A stretch of 64,000 bases of DNA from Candidatus Ancaeobacter aquaticus (lineage in GTDB: Bacteria; Auribacterota; Ancaeobacteria; Ancaeobacterales; Ancaeobacteraceae), in contig JAVCCP010000071.1 of the NCBI GenBank assembly GCA_030765405.1, positions 8,615 to 72,614 on the forward strand, read 5' to 3'. Shown one piece after another: positions 29,403 to 39,200 of this stretch. The notes under the pieces were generated by a model. The model was not told the DNA's origin and ran no database searches. It saw only the letters and a program-made list of their open reading frames with translations. Position numbers and translations under genes: made by a program. Within the stretch, counting starts at the first letter, position 1, and every line of letters begins with the position of its first letter.

Positions 29403-29482
29403 CGATGAACGATAAACAATCCCCTACGGGGACAATACTCAGAAAAATTTACTTATTAATTTTATGGGTGTGAACGATAAAC
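29403..29482 (+). repeat. 80-nt repeated element, copy A (partner at 41641-41720)
   Basis: Gap-free alignment by eye to 41641-41720 gives 68/80 identical positions. The central 53 nt are 49/53 identical. The copy lies between the two RND genes. Confidence 0.85.
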
Positions 29483-29489
29483 GAGTTTT

Positions 29490-32400
29490 ATGAATTTACC
29501 GCAATTTTCAATTAAACGCCCTGTATCCATGCTCATGGTGTTTACGGGCATTATACTCTTTGGTATTGTCAGCTATACAAGGCTTCCTGTAGAGCTGATG
29601 CCCAACATGTCTTATAAAACAATCTCCGTTATTATTCAGGCGCGCGGTGGTATCCCTCCCACTGAAGTTGAATCCCTGATAACGGTCCTTGTTGAAGAGG
29701 CACTGTCTACCGTAGCAAATCTTGAAAGCCTCAGTTCAACCTCAGAAAAAGGGAAAAGCACCGTAGCTCTCAAATTCCAGCCGGGAACAGACATGAATTT
29801 TGCTGCGCTTGAAGCGCGTGAAAAGTTTTCTAAGATCAAGAACAAATTACCCAAAGATATCGAGAAGCCCGTCATTGCAAAATATGAAGAGAATGATGTC
29901 CCTATCATGATCCTTGCGATCACGAGTACAAACAAAAGTTATACTGTTGAAGAAATCCGAAAGATCGTTGAGATAGAGATCAAAGAACGTATTTCTCGTG
30001 TACCGGGCGTTGCAAATGTAGACTTGGCCGGCGGCCGTGAAGAAAAGATCATTGTCGATGTCGATGAAGAACGCCTCAAAGCATATAAACTCCCAATGAA
30101 TGAAGTAGTCAATAAGATCGGCATCGAAAACGTATCTCTTTTAGCGGGTTCCGTAAAAGATACCAGGATGGAAACAAAGATCCGAACAGCAGGTCTTTTT
30201 TCTGATATTAAAGAGGTTGAACAAGTCTCCATAAAATCAACAAAATCAGGTTCACTTATCAGGTTAAAAGATATTGCAAAAGTAAAACGTGATTATATGG
30301 AGCCCCAGGGATATTCTCGTATCAACACAAAAGGAACTGTATCACTCTATGTTCAACGCGAAAGCGCGGCAAATACTGTTTCTGTCGGTGCCGGTGTAAA
30401 TAAAGTCTTGGAAAATTTAAAGCCGACACTTCCAAGACATATCAGAATACTTACCGTAAGTAACCAGGCAGATTTCATACTCCTTGCTATCGGTGAAGTA
30501 AAAAAAGCACTTGTCTACGGTTTTGTTCTTGCTACCATTATTATCCTCTTATTTCTGAGGAACATCTTTTCCGCACTTATCATTGTCATGGCAATACCGA
30601 TTTCAATGATGGTCACTTTCGCATTGATGTATTTTACGGGCATCACTTTGAATGTAATGACATTAAGCGGACTTGCGCTCGGCATTGGTATGATGCTTGA
30701 TAACTCTATTGTTGTACTCGAAAATATCTTTAAGTTGAAAGAAAAAGGGGGCGAACCGGTAAAAGCTGCAATTGATGGTTCTAACGAAGTATTGATGTCA
30801 ATTTTTGCGGCTACCATTACCACAATTATCGTATTCTTACCGCTCAACTTTGTTTCAGAACAAATTAAAATACTCTATGGCGGACTTGCTATTACCGTAA
30901 CCTATGCCCTTATCGCGTCGCTTTTTACCGCGCTTACAATGGTTCCCCTGCTTGGATCGAAAATGAAAGAACTTAAAAAAAGCACATCAGGCACTGCTCA
31001 AAAAAAAGGACTTCACAAAATATTTTTCAAATATTACCGTAAAATTCTCGTCTTAGTTATCAGATACCGTTATATTGCAATCATTTCAGCATTTGCACTT
31101 TTTATTGTTTCACTTTACGGGAGTCAATCACTTAAAAAAGAACTTTCCGGTGGGTCCGAACAAAGTAGGTTTACCATATTTGTTGAACTTCCTGACGGTG
31201 CACGATTAGAAATGTCTGACATTGTTGTAAAAGAAGTTGAAAAAGAAGTCAGCAAAAACCCTGATGTCAAAAGCGTGCAATCACGTGTTGAAGGATGGTC
31301 CTCAAAAGTATATGTAAACCTTAAACCGGAAAAAGAACGTCAGAAGCAGATGGCAGATATTGTAGAAGGACTTCGACCAAAACTCTCCAAACTCGGTAAA
31401 GCACAAGATGCATTTATCTATTTCTCGGCGGGACAAGAGTCGGGAGGAAAAGAAATACTTATAGATATTTACGGCCATAGTTATGACACACTCAAGAAAC
31501 TGGCAATCAAGATATCAAAGGAAGCTGGCAATATCAAAGGACTTGTTGATACAAAGATCAGAATCACTGAAGGTCGTCCGGAATATCGCTTTTATGTTGA
31601 TAAAGATGCTGCGGCCCTCGCAGGACTCACCACTCGAGATATTGCTGAAGAAATACATGCCAAGATACGAGGATTGCGTGCAACCGCCTTTCGCACCGAA
31701 GGGCGCGAAATTGAAATTATTGTACGAGACGATGAAAAGTACAGAAAGAACAAAAAAGATATTCAACGATTCGCCGTTTTTAACAAAAATAAAAACATGT
31801 TCTATGTTGATCAGGTAACACGGTATGAACCAGGTCTTGGACCAAGTGAAATATGGCGCAACAACAAGAGTAGAATGATACAGGTAAGCGCGACAGTTAC
31901 CAATATGACCATCGGTACCGCAATGGAAAAAGTAAGCGAAAAGCTTAAAGACTTTGAGTTCCCAAAGGATTTTTATTGGGAATTTGGCGGTAACTACGCA
32001 AAAATGCAGGAAAATCAAAAACAGCTCTTTGTTGTCTTCCTTCTTTCTGTTCTCTTAATCTATATGATCCTTGCCTCATTATTTGAATCGTATATTCAAC
32101 CATTTATTATTCTTACGGCAGTGCCGCTGGCTTTAATCGGTGCTATCGCCGGACTCCTTATGACACAAAAACCGGTCACTATGGGAGTACTCGTTGGGGC
32201 AATTATGCTTGCTGGTATTGTTGCAAGTAATGCGATCATATTGATCAGTAAGATCAATCAGCTTATGGCAAGTGGGTGTAATCTGTATAAAGCGCTCATA
32301 TCTGCCGGAGAAAGCAGATTACGGCCTATTATTATGACTGCAGCATCTACTGTTATAGCGCTTTTTCCTATGGCCGTCGGTCGGGGCGGAAGTTCCGCGC

Positions 32401-32540
32401 TGTGGGCACCTTTGGCTATCACCGTTATGGGGGGTCTTATTACATCAACGTTTCTTACCCTTCTTATCATTCCCGGCATCTATTCTATGATTGAAGATAT
32501 TAAAAAGATAAAAGCTCGCCCGGATGAGGAGCTATCATAA
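29490..32540 (+). CDS. RND efflux permease, second of the tandem pair
   Basis: 1016 aa with RND topology. Motifs are LSGLALGIGMMLDNSIVVLENI and GESRLRPIIMTAASTVIALFPMA. Confidence 0.9.
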   Translation: MNLPQFSIKRPVSMLMVFTGIILFGIVSYTRLPVELMPNMSYKTISVIIQARGGIPPTEVESLITVLVEEALSTVANLESLSSTSEKGKSTVALKFQPGTDMNFAALEAREKFSKIKNKLPKDIEKPVIAKYEENDVPIMILAITSTNKSYTVEEIRKIVEIEIKERISRVPGVANVDLAGGREEKIIVDVDEERLKAYKLPMNEVVNKIGIENVSLLAGSVKDTRMETKIRTAGLFSDIKEVEQVSIKSTKSGSLIRLKDIAKVKRDYMEPQGYSRINTKGTVSLYVQRESAANTVSVGAGVNKVLENLKPTLPRHIRILTVSNQADFILLAIGEVKKALVYGFVLATIIILLFLRNIFSALIIVMAIPISMMVTFALMYFTGITLNVMTLSGLALGIGMMLDNSIVVLENIFKLKEKGGEPVKAAIDGSNEVLMSIFAATITTIIVFLPLNFVSEQIKILYGGLAITVTYALIASLFTALTMVPLLGSKMKELKKSTSGTAQKKGLHKIFFKYYRKILVLVIRYRYIAIISAFALFIVSLYGSQSLKKELSGGSEQSRFTIFVELPDGARLEMSDIVVKEVEKEVSKNPDVKSVQSRVEGWSSKVYVNLKPEKERQKQMADIVEGLRPKLSKLGKAQDAFIYFSAGQESGGKEILIDIYGHSYDTLKKLAIKISKEAGNIKGLVDTKIRITEGRPEYRFYVDKDAAALAGLTTRDIAEEIHAKIRGLRATAFRTEGREIEIIVRDDEKYRKNKKDIQRFAVFNKNKNMFYVDQVTRYEPGLGPSEIWRNNKSRMIQVSATVTNMTIGTAMEKVSEKLKDFEFPKDFYWEFGGNYAKMQENQKQLFVVFLLSVLLIYMILASLFESYIQPFIILTAVPLALIGAIAGLLMTQKPVTMGVLVGAIMLAGIVASNAIILISKINQLMASGCNLYKALISAGESRLRPIIMTAASTVIALFPMAVGRGGSSALWAPLAITVMGGLITSTFLTLLIIPGIYSMIEDIKKIKARPDEELS

Positions 32541-32586
32541 AACAATTCTTTAAAAACCCGTATTGACTAATAAGGAAGGCGCAGAG

Positions 32587-32618
32587 GCTGCAGAAGCATG
32601 CATTAACACTTCTGCAGC
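32587..32618. other. Perfect 10-bp stem-loop between convergent genes
   Basis: gctgcagaag (32587-32596) pairs with cttctgcagc (32609-32618) around a 12-nt loop. No U-tract follows on either strand. Confidence 0.5.
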
Positions 32619-32640
32619 AAAAATAAAATGGGAATTCAGA

Positions 32641-33180
32641 TCATATAAGCGGGACACGAGACGCTAGCTGAGATAATACAGGAAACTTTGAAAAAATGCG
32701 ATATTCTATGAGTTTCATTATTGTTGAAACATCCTTTACTTCAGTAACTAAATCACTTTTGGCTTGAAGTAATTGTGCGGCTTCATTACCCAGATCCTTT
32801 ATAAAATCCTCTATCGATTCATCGGTAACAATATCTTCTAGATACGCGATTAACTTTTCTAATTCACCTTTTTCAAGCCATACTCCCTGACAATCCATAC
32901 ACAGAAAAAGTATTACCTCATGCCCGCGATAATTCACCTGATACATCTTTTTTCCACATTGAGGACATCCCTTTTCTGAAACAGCCATTTGATGCTCTTT
33001 ATCTTCTTTCCATAAAGGGATATCAAGCCATCTAATAAAACGATCTTCTTTTGCTTTCAGCTCATCCAAATGATCCTTAGTGATCCATATACCCTGACAG
33101 CTTTGACATTCATCAATGGTCACTGTATCTTTTACCGTTCTTTTCATATCTGTACTACAGTTGGGACAGCTCATAAACAT
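32641..33180 (-). CDS. Protein with two zf-TFIIB-type zinc-ribbon domains
   Basis: Two copies of CPxC...CxxCxGxWxxKxxLxxL: CPNCSTDM...CQSCQGIWITKDHLDEL and CPQCGKKM...CMDCQGVWLEKGELEKL. Confidence 0.6.
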   Translation of the reverse strand: MFMSCPNCSTDMKRTVKDTVTIDECQSCQGIWITKDHLDELKAKEDRFIRWLDIPLWKEDKEHQMAVSEKGCPQCGKKMYQVNYRGHEVILFLCMDCQGVWLEKGELEKLIAYLEDIVTDESIEDFIKDLGNEAAQLLQAKSDLVTEVKDVSTIMKLIEYRIFSKFPVLSQLASRVPLI

Positions 33181-33233
33181 CTCCTTTGGCTTACGGTATA
33201 TGTACCTTTTACATTAATACAATTATAGGTGTT

Positions 33234-34343
33234 TTACTTTTCACTTTCAACTTTTTCTCTCAGCGCATTTAACTGGTCAACTCCGCGCTTTAGTGTTTCA
33301 TCATTTACAGCATATGATATCCGAAAATGTGTATCTTTTTGTGAGAATACATTTCCGGGAATTATCAAAACATTATTATCGATCGCTCGTTCCACAAATC
33401 GCGAAGCATTCCCATCAGGCGCTTCAGGAAAAATATAAAACGCGCCATGAGGCTTTTCAACGGTAAAGGCATCTTTCAGACCGTTATAGACAATATCTCT
33501 TTTCTTTTTATAGTCCTCTATATACGGTTCCATAGAAAAATCAAACGCGTTAACCGCAGCTTTTTGCGCAAATGAAGGAGCGCACACAAAGGTATATTGC
33601 TGTAACTTTGTCATTTCCGCAATAATATCTTTTGGGCCTGCTGCATATCCAATACGCCATCCGGTCATAGAATATGATTTTGAAAAACCATTTAAGGTAA
33701 TTGTATTATTATAAAGCGATCCCATATGAGTATAATCACCATCGTACGTAAAGGTATCGTATATCTCATCAGATAAGACAATAATCCCGTGTTCTCGGGC
33801 AAGATCTGCTACCATGGTCAGTTCTTCCCTGGTATACACTGTTCCTGTTGGATTCGAGGGGCTATTTATAATTATAAGCTTTGTTTTCTTAGTGATATTC
33901 TTTTCTATGTCAGATCGCAACAGGCGAAAATGCGGATAGGTATCAACATATCGTGGGACACCTCCCATCAAGCTCACCAGATGCGTATACATCACAAAAT
34001 AAGGATCAGCAATAATAACTTCATCACCCGGATCGATTAACGCCATAAAGGCCAAAAGCAAACCGCCTGAAACACCGGAGGTGATTAATGAGCTCTCATA
34101 AAATATGCCTTTTTTGTCTAATTCTTTTTCAACGTTTTTGCGCAGTGGATCAATTCCCTGAGTAACCGTGTATTTGTTAAACCCACTCTCAATAGCTTTC
34201 ACTGCTTCATTCTTGAGTATATCAGGCACATCAAAGTCAGGTTGGCCTATGCTAAGATTTATAGGATCTTTCATATTTTTTGCAAGCTCAAAGACTTTTC
34301 GTATCCCTGAGGAATCAATTTTTTTCATTCTTTCGGCAAACAT
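33234..34343 (-). CDS. Class I/II pyridoxal-phosphate aminotransferase (aspartate/aromatic aminotransferase-like)
   Basis: The motifs NPSNPTGTVYTREEL and LNGFSKSYSMTGWRIGY (PLP-lysine region) are typical of the family. Confidence 0.88.
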   Translation of the reverse strand: MFAERMKKIDSSGIRKVFELAKNMKDPINLSIGQPDFDVPDILKNEAVKAIESGFNKYTVTQGIDPLRKNVEKELDKKGIFYESSLITSGVSGGLLLAFMALIDPGDEVIIADPYFVMYTHLVSLMGGVPRYVDTYPHFRLLRSDIEKNITKKTKLIIINSPSNPTGTVYTREELTMVADLAREHGIIVLSDEIYDTFTYDGDYTHMGSLYNNTITLNGFSKSYSMTGWRIGYAAGPKDIIAEMTKLQQYTFVCAPSFAQKAAVNAFDFSMEPYIEDYKKKRDIVYNGLKDAFTVEKPHGAFYIFPEAPDGNASRFVERAIDNNVLIIPGNVFSQKDTHFRISYAVNDETLKRGVDQLNALREKVESEK

Positions 34344-34344
34344 A

Positions 34345-34890
34345 TTACCCTCTTTTCAAAATAGTTTTTCCACGTGAATCAATAGCTACTATAACGGGGA
34401 AATCCTCAACTTCAAGTTTCCGTACAGCTTCAGTCCCAAGTTCTGAGTATGCGACAATAGAAGCCTTTTTCACGCAGCATGAGAGTAACGCACCAGCTCC
34501 TCCTACTGCTATAAAGTATACCGCTTTATTTTTTTGTATCGCTTTAACAACCTCTTGAGAACGCTCACCTTTACCTATCATACCTTTGAGCCCCTTTGCC
34601 AACAAGGCCGGAGTGAATTCATCCATTCTCGCGCTTGTTGTTGGGCCACAGGATCCTATAGCACGACCGGGTCGTGCGGGAGTTGGCCCACAATAATATA
34701 TGAGGGCACTCGATAAATCAATTGGCACTCTTTTATTGTGCGCCAGCGCATGACATATTTTTTTATGTGCTTGATCACGTGCAGTATACAGTGCCCCGCT
34801 TAATAGCACTTTCTGCCCTGCTTTTAATGATCTTACTTTTCCTACTGTTAATGGCATTTGTATTTTCGTTTCATTCATTTTTTTCAGCAT
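34345..34890 (-). CDS. Fe-S hydro-lyase, class I fumarate hydratase / tartrate dehydratase beta subunit
   Basis: Motifs are SGALYTARDQAHKK, GPTTSARMD and AVYFIAVGGAGAL. It sits 17 nt downstream of the alpha subunit gene. Confidence 0.85.
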   Translation of the reverse strand: MLKKMNETKIQMPLTVGKVRSLKAGQKVLLSGALYTARDQAHKKICHALAHNKRVPIDLSSALIYYCGPTPARPGRAIGSCGPTTSARMDEFTPALLAKGLKGMIGKGERSQEVVKAIQKNKAVYFIAVGGAGALLSCCVKKASIVAYSELGTEAVRKLEVEDFPVIVAIDSRGKTILKRG

Positions 34891-34907
34891 GTAACTCTCA
34901 ATGATTT

Positions 34908-35750
34908 TTATATAATCTTTTCTTTATGTCTGAGCGCATGACAACATATATTTACCGCAACAGGTAATCCCGCAATATGCGTAGGATGCGTCATTACATT
35001 TACTTTAAGTGCGGTTGTTTTCCCACCAACGCCTTGCGGGCCTATCCCTAACGCATTTATCTTTTTTAACAATACATTTTCAACTTTTCTAATTGGCAAT
35101 GACTTCTTTTTATTATTAATAGGCTCCATTAACGCATGCTTTGATAGTAACGCTGCTTTTTCAAATGTACCCCCTATCCCCACTCCCACAATAACAGGGG
35201 GACATGGTCGCGCACCACCAACCTTTACTGTTTCAACAATAAACAATGTTATATCTTCGATTGATGCGGTTGGATTAAACATCTTTATAGCACTCATATT
35301 CTCACTGCCAAAACCTTTCGGAGATACACTGATCTTTATACGTGAGCCGGGAACAATCGTAGTATGAATTATTGCCGGTGTGTTATCGCCTGTATTCTTT
35401 CTACTTAATGGATCAACAACAGAATTTCTAAAATAACCAGTTTTGTACGCCTGCCTAACACCCTTATCGATCGCTTTACTTAGATCGCCACCCACAAGAT
35501 GAACATCCTGCCCAATCTCAAGAAAAACGACTACCATGCCTGTGTCCTGACACAAAGCAAGTTTATTATCTTTGGCAATACGTGCATTATCTACCAATGA
35601 CTGCAAGCAATATGCCGCCAAATCAGATTTCTCTTTTTTTAAACTCTTTTTCAGCTCTATCATTACATCTTTGGGGGCGTTTATATTCGCATCAAGACAC
35701 AGTTCTTGTACAATACGGGTTAGCTCTTTAACATGTATTTTTCTTACCAT
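34908..35750 (-). CDS. Fe-S hydro-lyase, class I fumarate hydratase / tartrate dehydratase alpha subunit
   Basis: Motifs are LCQDTGMVVVFLEIGQDV and PPVIVGVGIGGTFEKAA. Confidence 0.85.
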   Translation of the reverse strand: MVRKIHVKELTRIVQELCLDANINAPKDVMIELKKSLKKEKSDLAAYCLQSLVDNARIAKDNKLALCQDTGMVVVFLEIGQDVHLVGGDLSKAIDKGVRQAYKTGYFRNSVVDPLSRKNTGDNTPAIIHTTIVPGSRIKISVSPKGFGSENMSAIKMFNPTASIEDITLFIVETVKVGGARPCPPVIVGVGIGGTFEKAALLSKHALMEPINNKKKSLPIRKVENVLLKKINALGIGPQGVGGKTTALKVNVMTHPTHIAGLPVAVNICCHALRHKEKII

Positions 35751-35841
35751 ATATTCTACCGGTTCTCATAGTTTCTATTGCAATATAACTTGCTCTACAC
35801 CGTTAATTTTTGCCTATCTCTTGATATTAGTCAACTGTTTG

Positions 35842-37728
35842 TTATGTTACATTCGCTCCATACCACGCACACCCAAGAGCACCTGCAAATTGTGGGCGAT
35901 CAATTTTGACAATACTCACTCCCAATTCCTCTTGAGCAAAGTGTTGTATTGCAATATTTCTCGCACCACCACCAGTAAAAAGCACTGGAGTTTCCCCATC
36001 CAAGAATTTGAGTATATACAATTTTATCCTTAAAAATGCACTGTAATTAACACTTGATGCTATGATTTCTTTTGACAGGCCACTATTAATTTTTCCGATT
36101 ACTTCGGTTTCTGAAAATACTGCACATGTCGCATTCAAATACTCGGGCGAATCATATTGCATGCCTAAATCATCTATACTAATACCTAATATCTTACTCA
36201 TGTTTTCAAGGTACCGTCCTGTTCCTGCAGCACACTTATCATTAACAATAAAATCTTTTACTAACCCTTCTTTTACCGATGCCACCTTTACATCCTGCCC
36301 GCCAATATCAACTAAAATAAACGACTCATGTCCAGTTGAGTACCGGGCACCATATATATGAGCATAAATCTCTGAGATAGAGTTTTTACCACTGGCACCA
36401 ATATTGCCTCGTCCATACCCTGTTGAAATGATTTTACCGGGACGTTCAGGAAACAAAGACATATCGATAGAAAATGAATCTTCCCCATGTTTTCCAAAAC
36501 ATTTATAAAAATCTACCGTATCAAATATCTGTTCCTTTGCAATCTTCTCATTCTGAACATAGATTATTTTAGTATTTCTACTCCCAATATCAACCCCGCA
36601 GGTCAACTTTTCTTTTATTTTTCCCGACTTTGTTATAGATCCAGAAATGTTCGAGGCACTTTTCTTCGGCAGGTGAGTACTCCCCCTTTTTATAGATAAT
36701 GATTTTGTAAATGTATCAATTCTTAATTTTTCTTTTCCATCAAGTTTACCCGGTTTATCACACTCTAGAGCAAGTATCGGAACTGAAAGCTCTTTTTTAA
36801 ATATTTCATGCTCTGCATGATGATGACAAAAACTCTGCACATAATGTATGATCCCATCAATGTTTCTCTTTTTTATCTCACCTTCAATATCCGCTATTTT
36901 CTTCTTTATACCATATGGGTACGTATAGAGCATATACTGTTGAACAACATCAGCTGCAACATAAGGCATTGCACATTGCCGCTGCATTTCATTAAAGACT
37001 ACTTTTGCTCCGGACTGTTCAATGTATTGATAGAGATCGGATACTATAGGAGGCACACCGATAACGCCGATTCTGATAAGCTTGTCCATCGGTTCAGCAG
37101 AAACAGTTCGCTTTGAAACAACTTTATAGAACTCATCGAGTTCTCTTTCGAACGTATCAGGATCACCATTAAAGTCACTGCAGCTTATCTGCCAAATATG
37201 ATTTTCAAAACCGCTTACACTACCAATACGCCATGTCAGTTCATCTATTTTTTTTACTTTTGATCTGATCCTATCAAGTTTTCTCTTTGTTTGTGCTACA
37301 TCTTCCCAGGAAACATTAAAATATTTCATCAGCTTCTCTATTTCTCTTTTAAGCAAGTAGCTGTCCCCATCATACGGGTATGAAAAAGGAATTATTGATA
37401 CTCCTTCGGTCTCTACTCGTTCACTCAACGATATGGCATTACTGCAATCTCCCTGTACAACGGCAATTATCTCTCGAATATCACGCTGTTTTATCGTTGC
37501 ATACAGTCCTTTAATCCATGCACACATATTACGAGGAAAACCGTTTTCCTCCGCATATAAAATATGCCTCGACGGATCACTATCAGTAACAAACGCATTG
37601 TTAAGATCACAAGCACGATAACCGGCGGCGTAGACCACTTCTATAGGCACAGTTGTTGTTATTCCAATTTGTTTATTCATTTTGTGTTCCCTGCTCTTAT
37701 AATTTAGATCACGTTTTCTATTTTTCAT
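35842..37728 (-). CDS. Fusion of a 2-hydroxyacyl-CoA dehydratase-like domain (HgdB/D-component family) with a BcrAD/BadFG-type activase ATPase domain
   Basis: The N-terminal ~330 aa resemble HGD-D (GITTTVPIEVVYAAGY...). The C-terminal ~260 aa have ASKHA-fold activase motifs (CGVDIGSRNTKIIY, DIGGQDVKV, NDKCAAGTGRYLE, FTGGGARN). The start overlaps the queE stop by 4 nt. Confidence 0.75.
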   Translation of the reverse strand: MKNRKRDLNYKSREHKMNKQIGITTTVPIEVVYAAGYRACDLNNAFVTDSDPSRHILYAEENGFPRNMCAWIKGLYATIKQRDIREIIAVVQGDCSNAISLSERVETEGVSIIPFSYPYDGDSYLLKREIEKLMKYFNVSWEDVAQTKRKLDRIRSKVKKIDELTWRIGSVSGFENHIWQISCSDFNGDPDTFERELDEFYKVVSKRTVSAEPMDKLIRIGVIGVPPIVSDLYQYIEQSGAKVVFNEMQRQCAMPYVAADVVQQYMLYTYPYGIKKKIADIEGEIKKRNIDGIIHYVQSFCHHHAEHEIFKKELSVPILALECDKPGKLDGKEKLRIDTFTKSLSIKRGSTHLPKKSASNISGSITKSGKIKEKLTCGVDIGSRNTKIIYVQNEKIAKEQIFDTVDFYKCFGKHGEDSFSIDMSLFPERPGKIISTGYGRGNIGASGKNSISEIYAHIYGARYSTGHESFILVDIGGQDVKVASVKEGLVKDFIVNDKCAAGTGRYLENMSKILGISIDDLGMQYDSPEYLNATCAVFSETEVIGKINSGLSKEIIASSVNYSAFLRIKLYILKFLDGETPVLFTGGGARNIAIQHFAQEELGVSIVKIDRPQFAGALGCAWYGANVT

Positions 37729-38423
37729 GGTACGTTTAATATCTTATGTATTTGCGGCATTACCCTCACTTCTAGAAGGGATTTATTCGCCAATTTAAAC
37801 AAATCGACTAGCTTTTCTTCTGTTATTCTACATTTTCCATCTATATCACTCTCCGGCTGAATAAAAAATGGGATTGCCTTATCAATTTTTCTCACACAAT
37901 CAATGGCACGAGAAAATTCTTTCCCTTCTGTCTCTTTACCCACAACAACTTTTATATAGAGATCTTTCTCTGAGGCCCTCTGCAAAAATTCTGTGTGCTG
38001 TGACCAGTAACTTTTTCCGCTACACGAACTTGGAAGTTTAATATCTATAGAAACAATATCAACATATGTTTTTATTCTTTCGAAAGCTTCTGGCATAGTA
38101 CCATTTGTTTCAAGGAGTATCTTTACGCCCTCTGAACTTAATAGTTTTAACACGTTTTCTAAGAACTCATCCTGAACCAGAGGTTCTCCACCGGTAACAC
38201 TAATCGTTCTAATATCTTCTTTTTTGCGTAACAATAAGATGTTTTTTACTACTTCTTCGGCCGTCATTTCTGACTGGGCAGCATAATCTGTATCACAATA
38301 AGAACACGCACCGATATTGCATCCAGCCAAACGAACAAATATATGTCTTTGCCCTACATATTTTCCTTCACCCTGTATGGAATGAAATATTTCAACGATT
38401 TTTCCTTTTATTTCTTTTTCCAT
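37725..38423 (-). CDS. queE: 7-carboxy-7-deazaguanine synthase (radical SAM)
   Basis: Motifs are IFHSIQGEGKYVGQRHIFVRLAGCNIGACSYCDTDY and SVTGGEPL. Confidence 0.85.
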   Translation of the reverse strand: MEKEIKGKIVEIFHSIQGEGKYVGQRHIFVRLAGCNIGACSYCDTDYAAQSEMTAEEVVKNILLLRKKEDIRTISVTGGEPLVQDEFLENVLKLLSSEGVKILLETNGTMPEAFERIKTYVDIVSIDIKLPSSCSGKSYWSQHTEFLQRASEKDLYIKVVVGKETEGKEFSRAIDCVRKIDKAIPFFIQPESDIDGKCRITEEKLVDLFKLANKSLLEVRVMPQIHKILNVP

Positions 38424-38461
38424 CCAAATATGCCTTTTAAATATTCAAATTTATAGTTTTT

Positions 38462-38496
38462 CTTATAGCTTAAAGCTTACAGCCTATAGTTCTAAG
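38462..38496 (-). repeat. Heptamer array, GCTNTAA family in reverse orientation (5 units), between queC and queE
   Basis: cttatag cttaaag cttacag cctatag ttctaag. Confidence 0.8.
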
Positions 38497-38534
38497 ATTA
38501 TTTAGGGTTTAGAAATTCGAAATTAATATTTTAT

Positions 38535-39200
38535 CTACATTTTGATTGCTGGATCAATGACCCCGGCATCTTTAAAACCTTTTGCTCTCAACACACAAGA
38601 ATCACAGGTTAAACAGGGAACCTTCCCCCCATCGTAACAGGACCAGGTAAGTTCATAGGGAACCTTTAGGCGCATTCCCCACTTTATAATCTGGGCTTTT
38701 GTTTTATGTAAAAGAGGGACATTAATTTTTATACCTCGTCCTTCAACACCCGCTTTTGTTCCAACACGCACAATATGCTGAAACTCCCTGAAATATTCCG
38801 GTCGGCAATCAGGATACCCGCTATAGTCCACGGCATTGGCACCAATAAAAACTGCTTCCGCTTCTATCGATTCTGCACATGAAAGAGCATAACTCAGAAA
38901 TATTGTATTACGAGAAGGAACATACGTGGAAGGTATATTGTCCGCACAATTCTTTCTCTTGCGAGGTAATGGAACAGCCTTATCTAGAAGAGCACTCCCT
39001 TTCCAAGGAAGCGCAATTTTTAGCGTACTGTGCTCAACCCCACTTGCTTTTGCAAGCTGGCGGGCACTCTGCATCTCTTTCTTATGCCTTTGTCCATAGT
39101 CAAAGATAAGACAAAATATCTCATAGCCTTTCTTCCGCGCAACATACAGTGTTGTAGCGGAATCTAAACCTCCGGATAATAATACGACTGCTTTTTTCAT
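38535..39200 (-). CDS. queC: 7-cyano-7-deazaguanine synthase
   Basis: PP-loop motif VVLLSGGLDSAT, then DYGQRH and the C-terminal Zn cluster CYDGGKVPCLTCDSCVLR. Confidence 0.92.
   Translation of the reverse strand: MKKAVVLLSGGLDSATTLYVARKKGYEIFCLIFDYGQRHKKEMQSARQLAKASGVEHSTLKIALPWKGSALLDKAVPLPRKRKNCADNIPSTYVPSRNTIFLSYALSCAESIEAEAVFIGANAVDYSGYPDCRPEYFREFQHIVRVGTKAGVEGRGIKINVPLLHKTKAQIIKWGMRLKVPYELTWSCYDGGKVPCLTCDSCVLRAKGFKDAGVIDPAIKM

Noticed and set aside
32587-32618. A perfect 10-bp hairpin as a canonical rho-independent terminator
   Set aside because: No U-tract follows the stem on either strand (an A-run follows on plus, GC-rich sequence on minus). It is kept only as a stem-loop feature.
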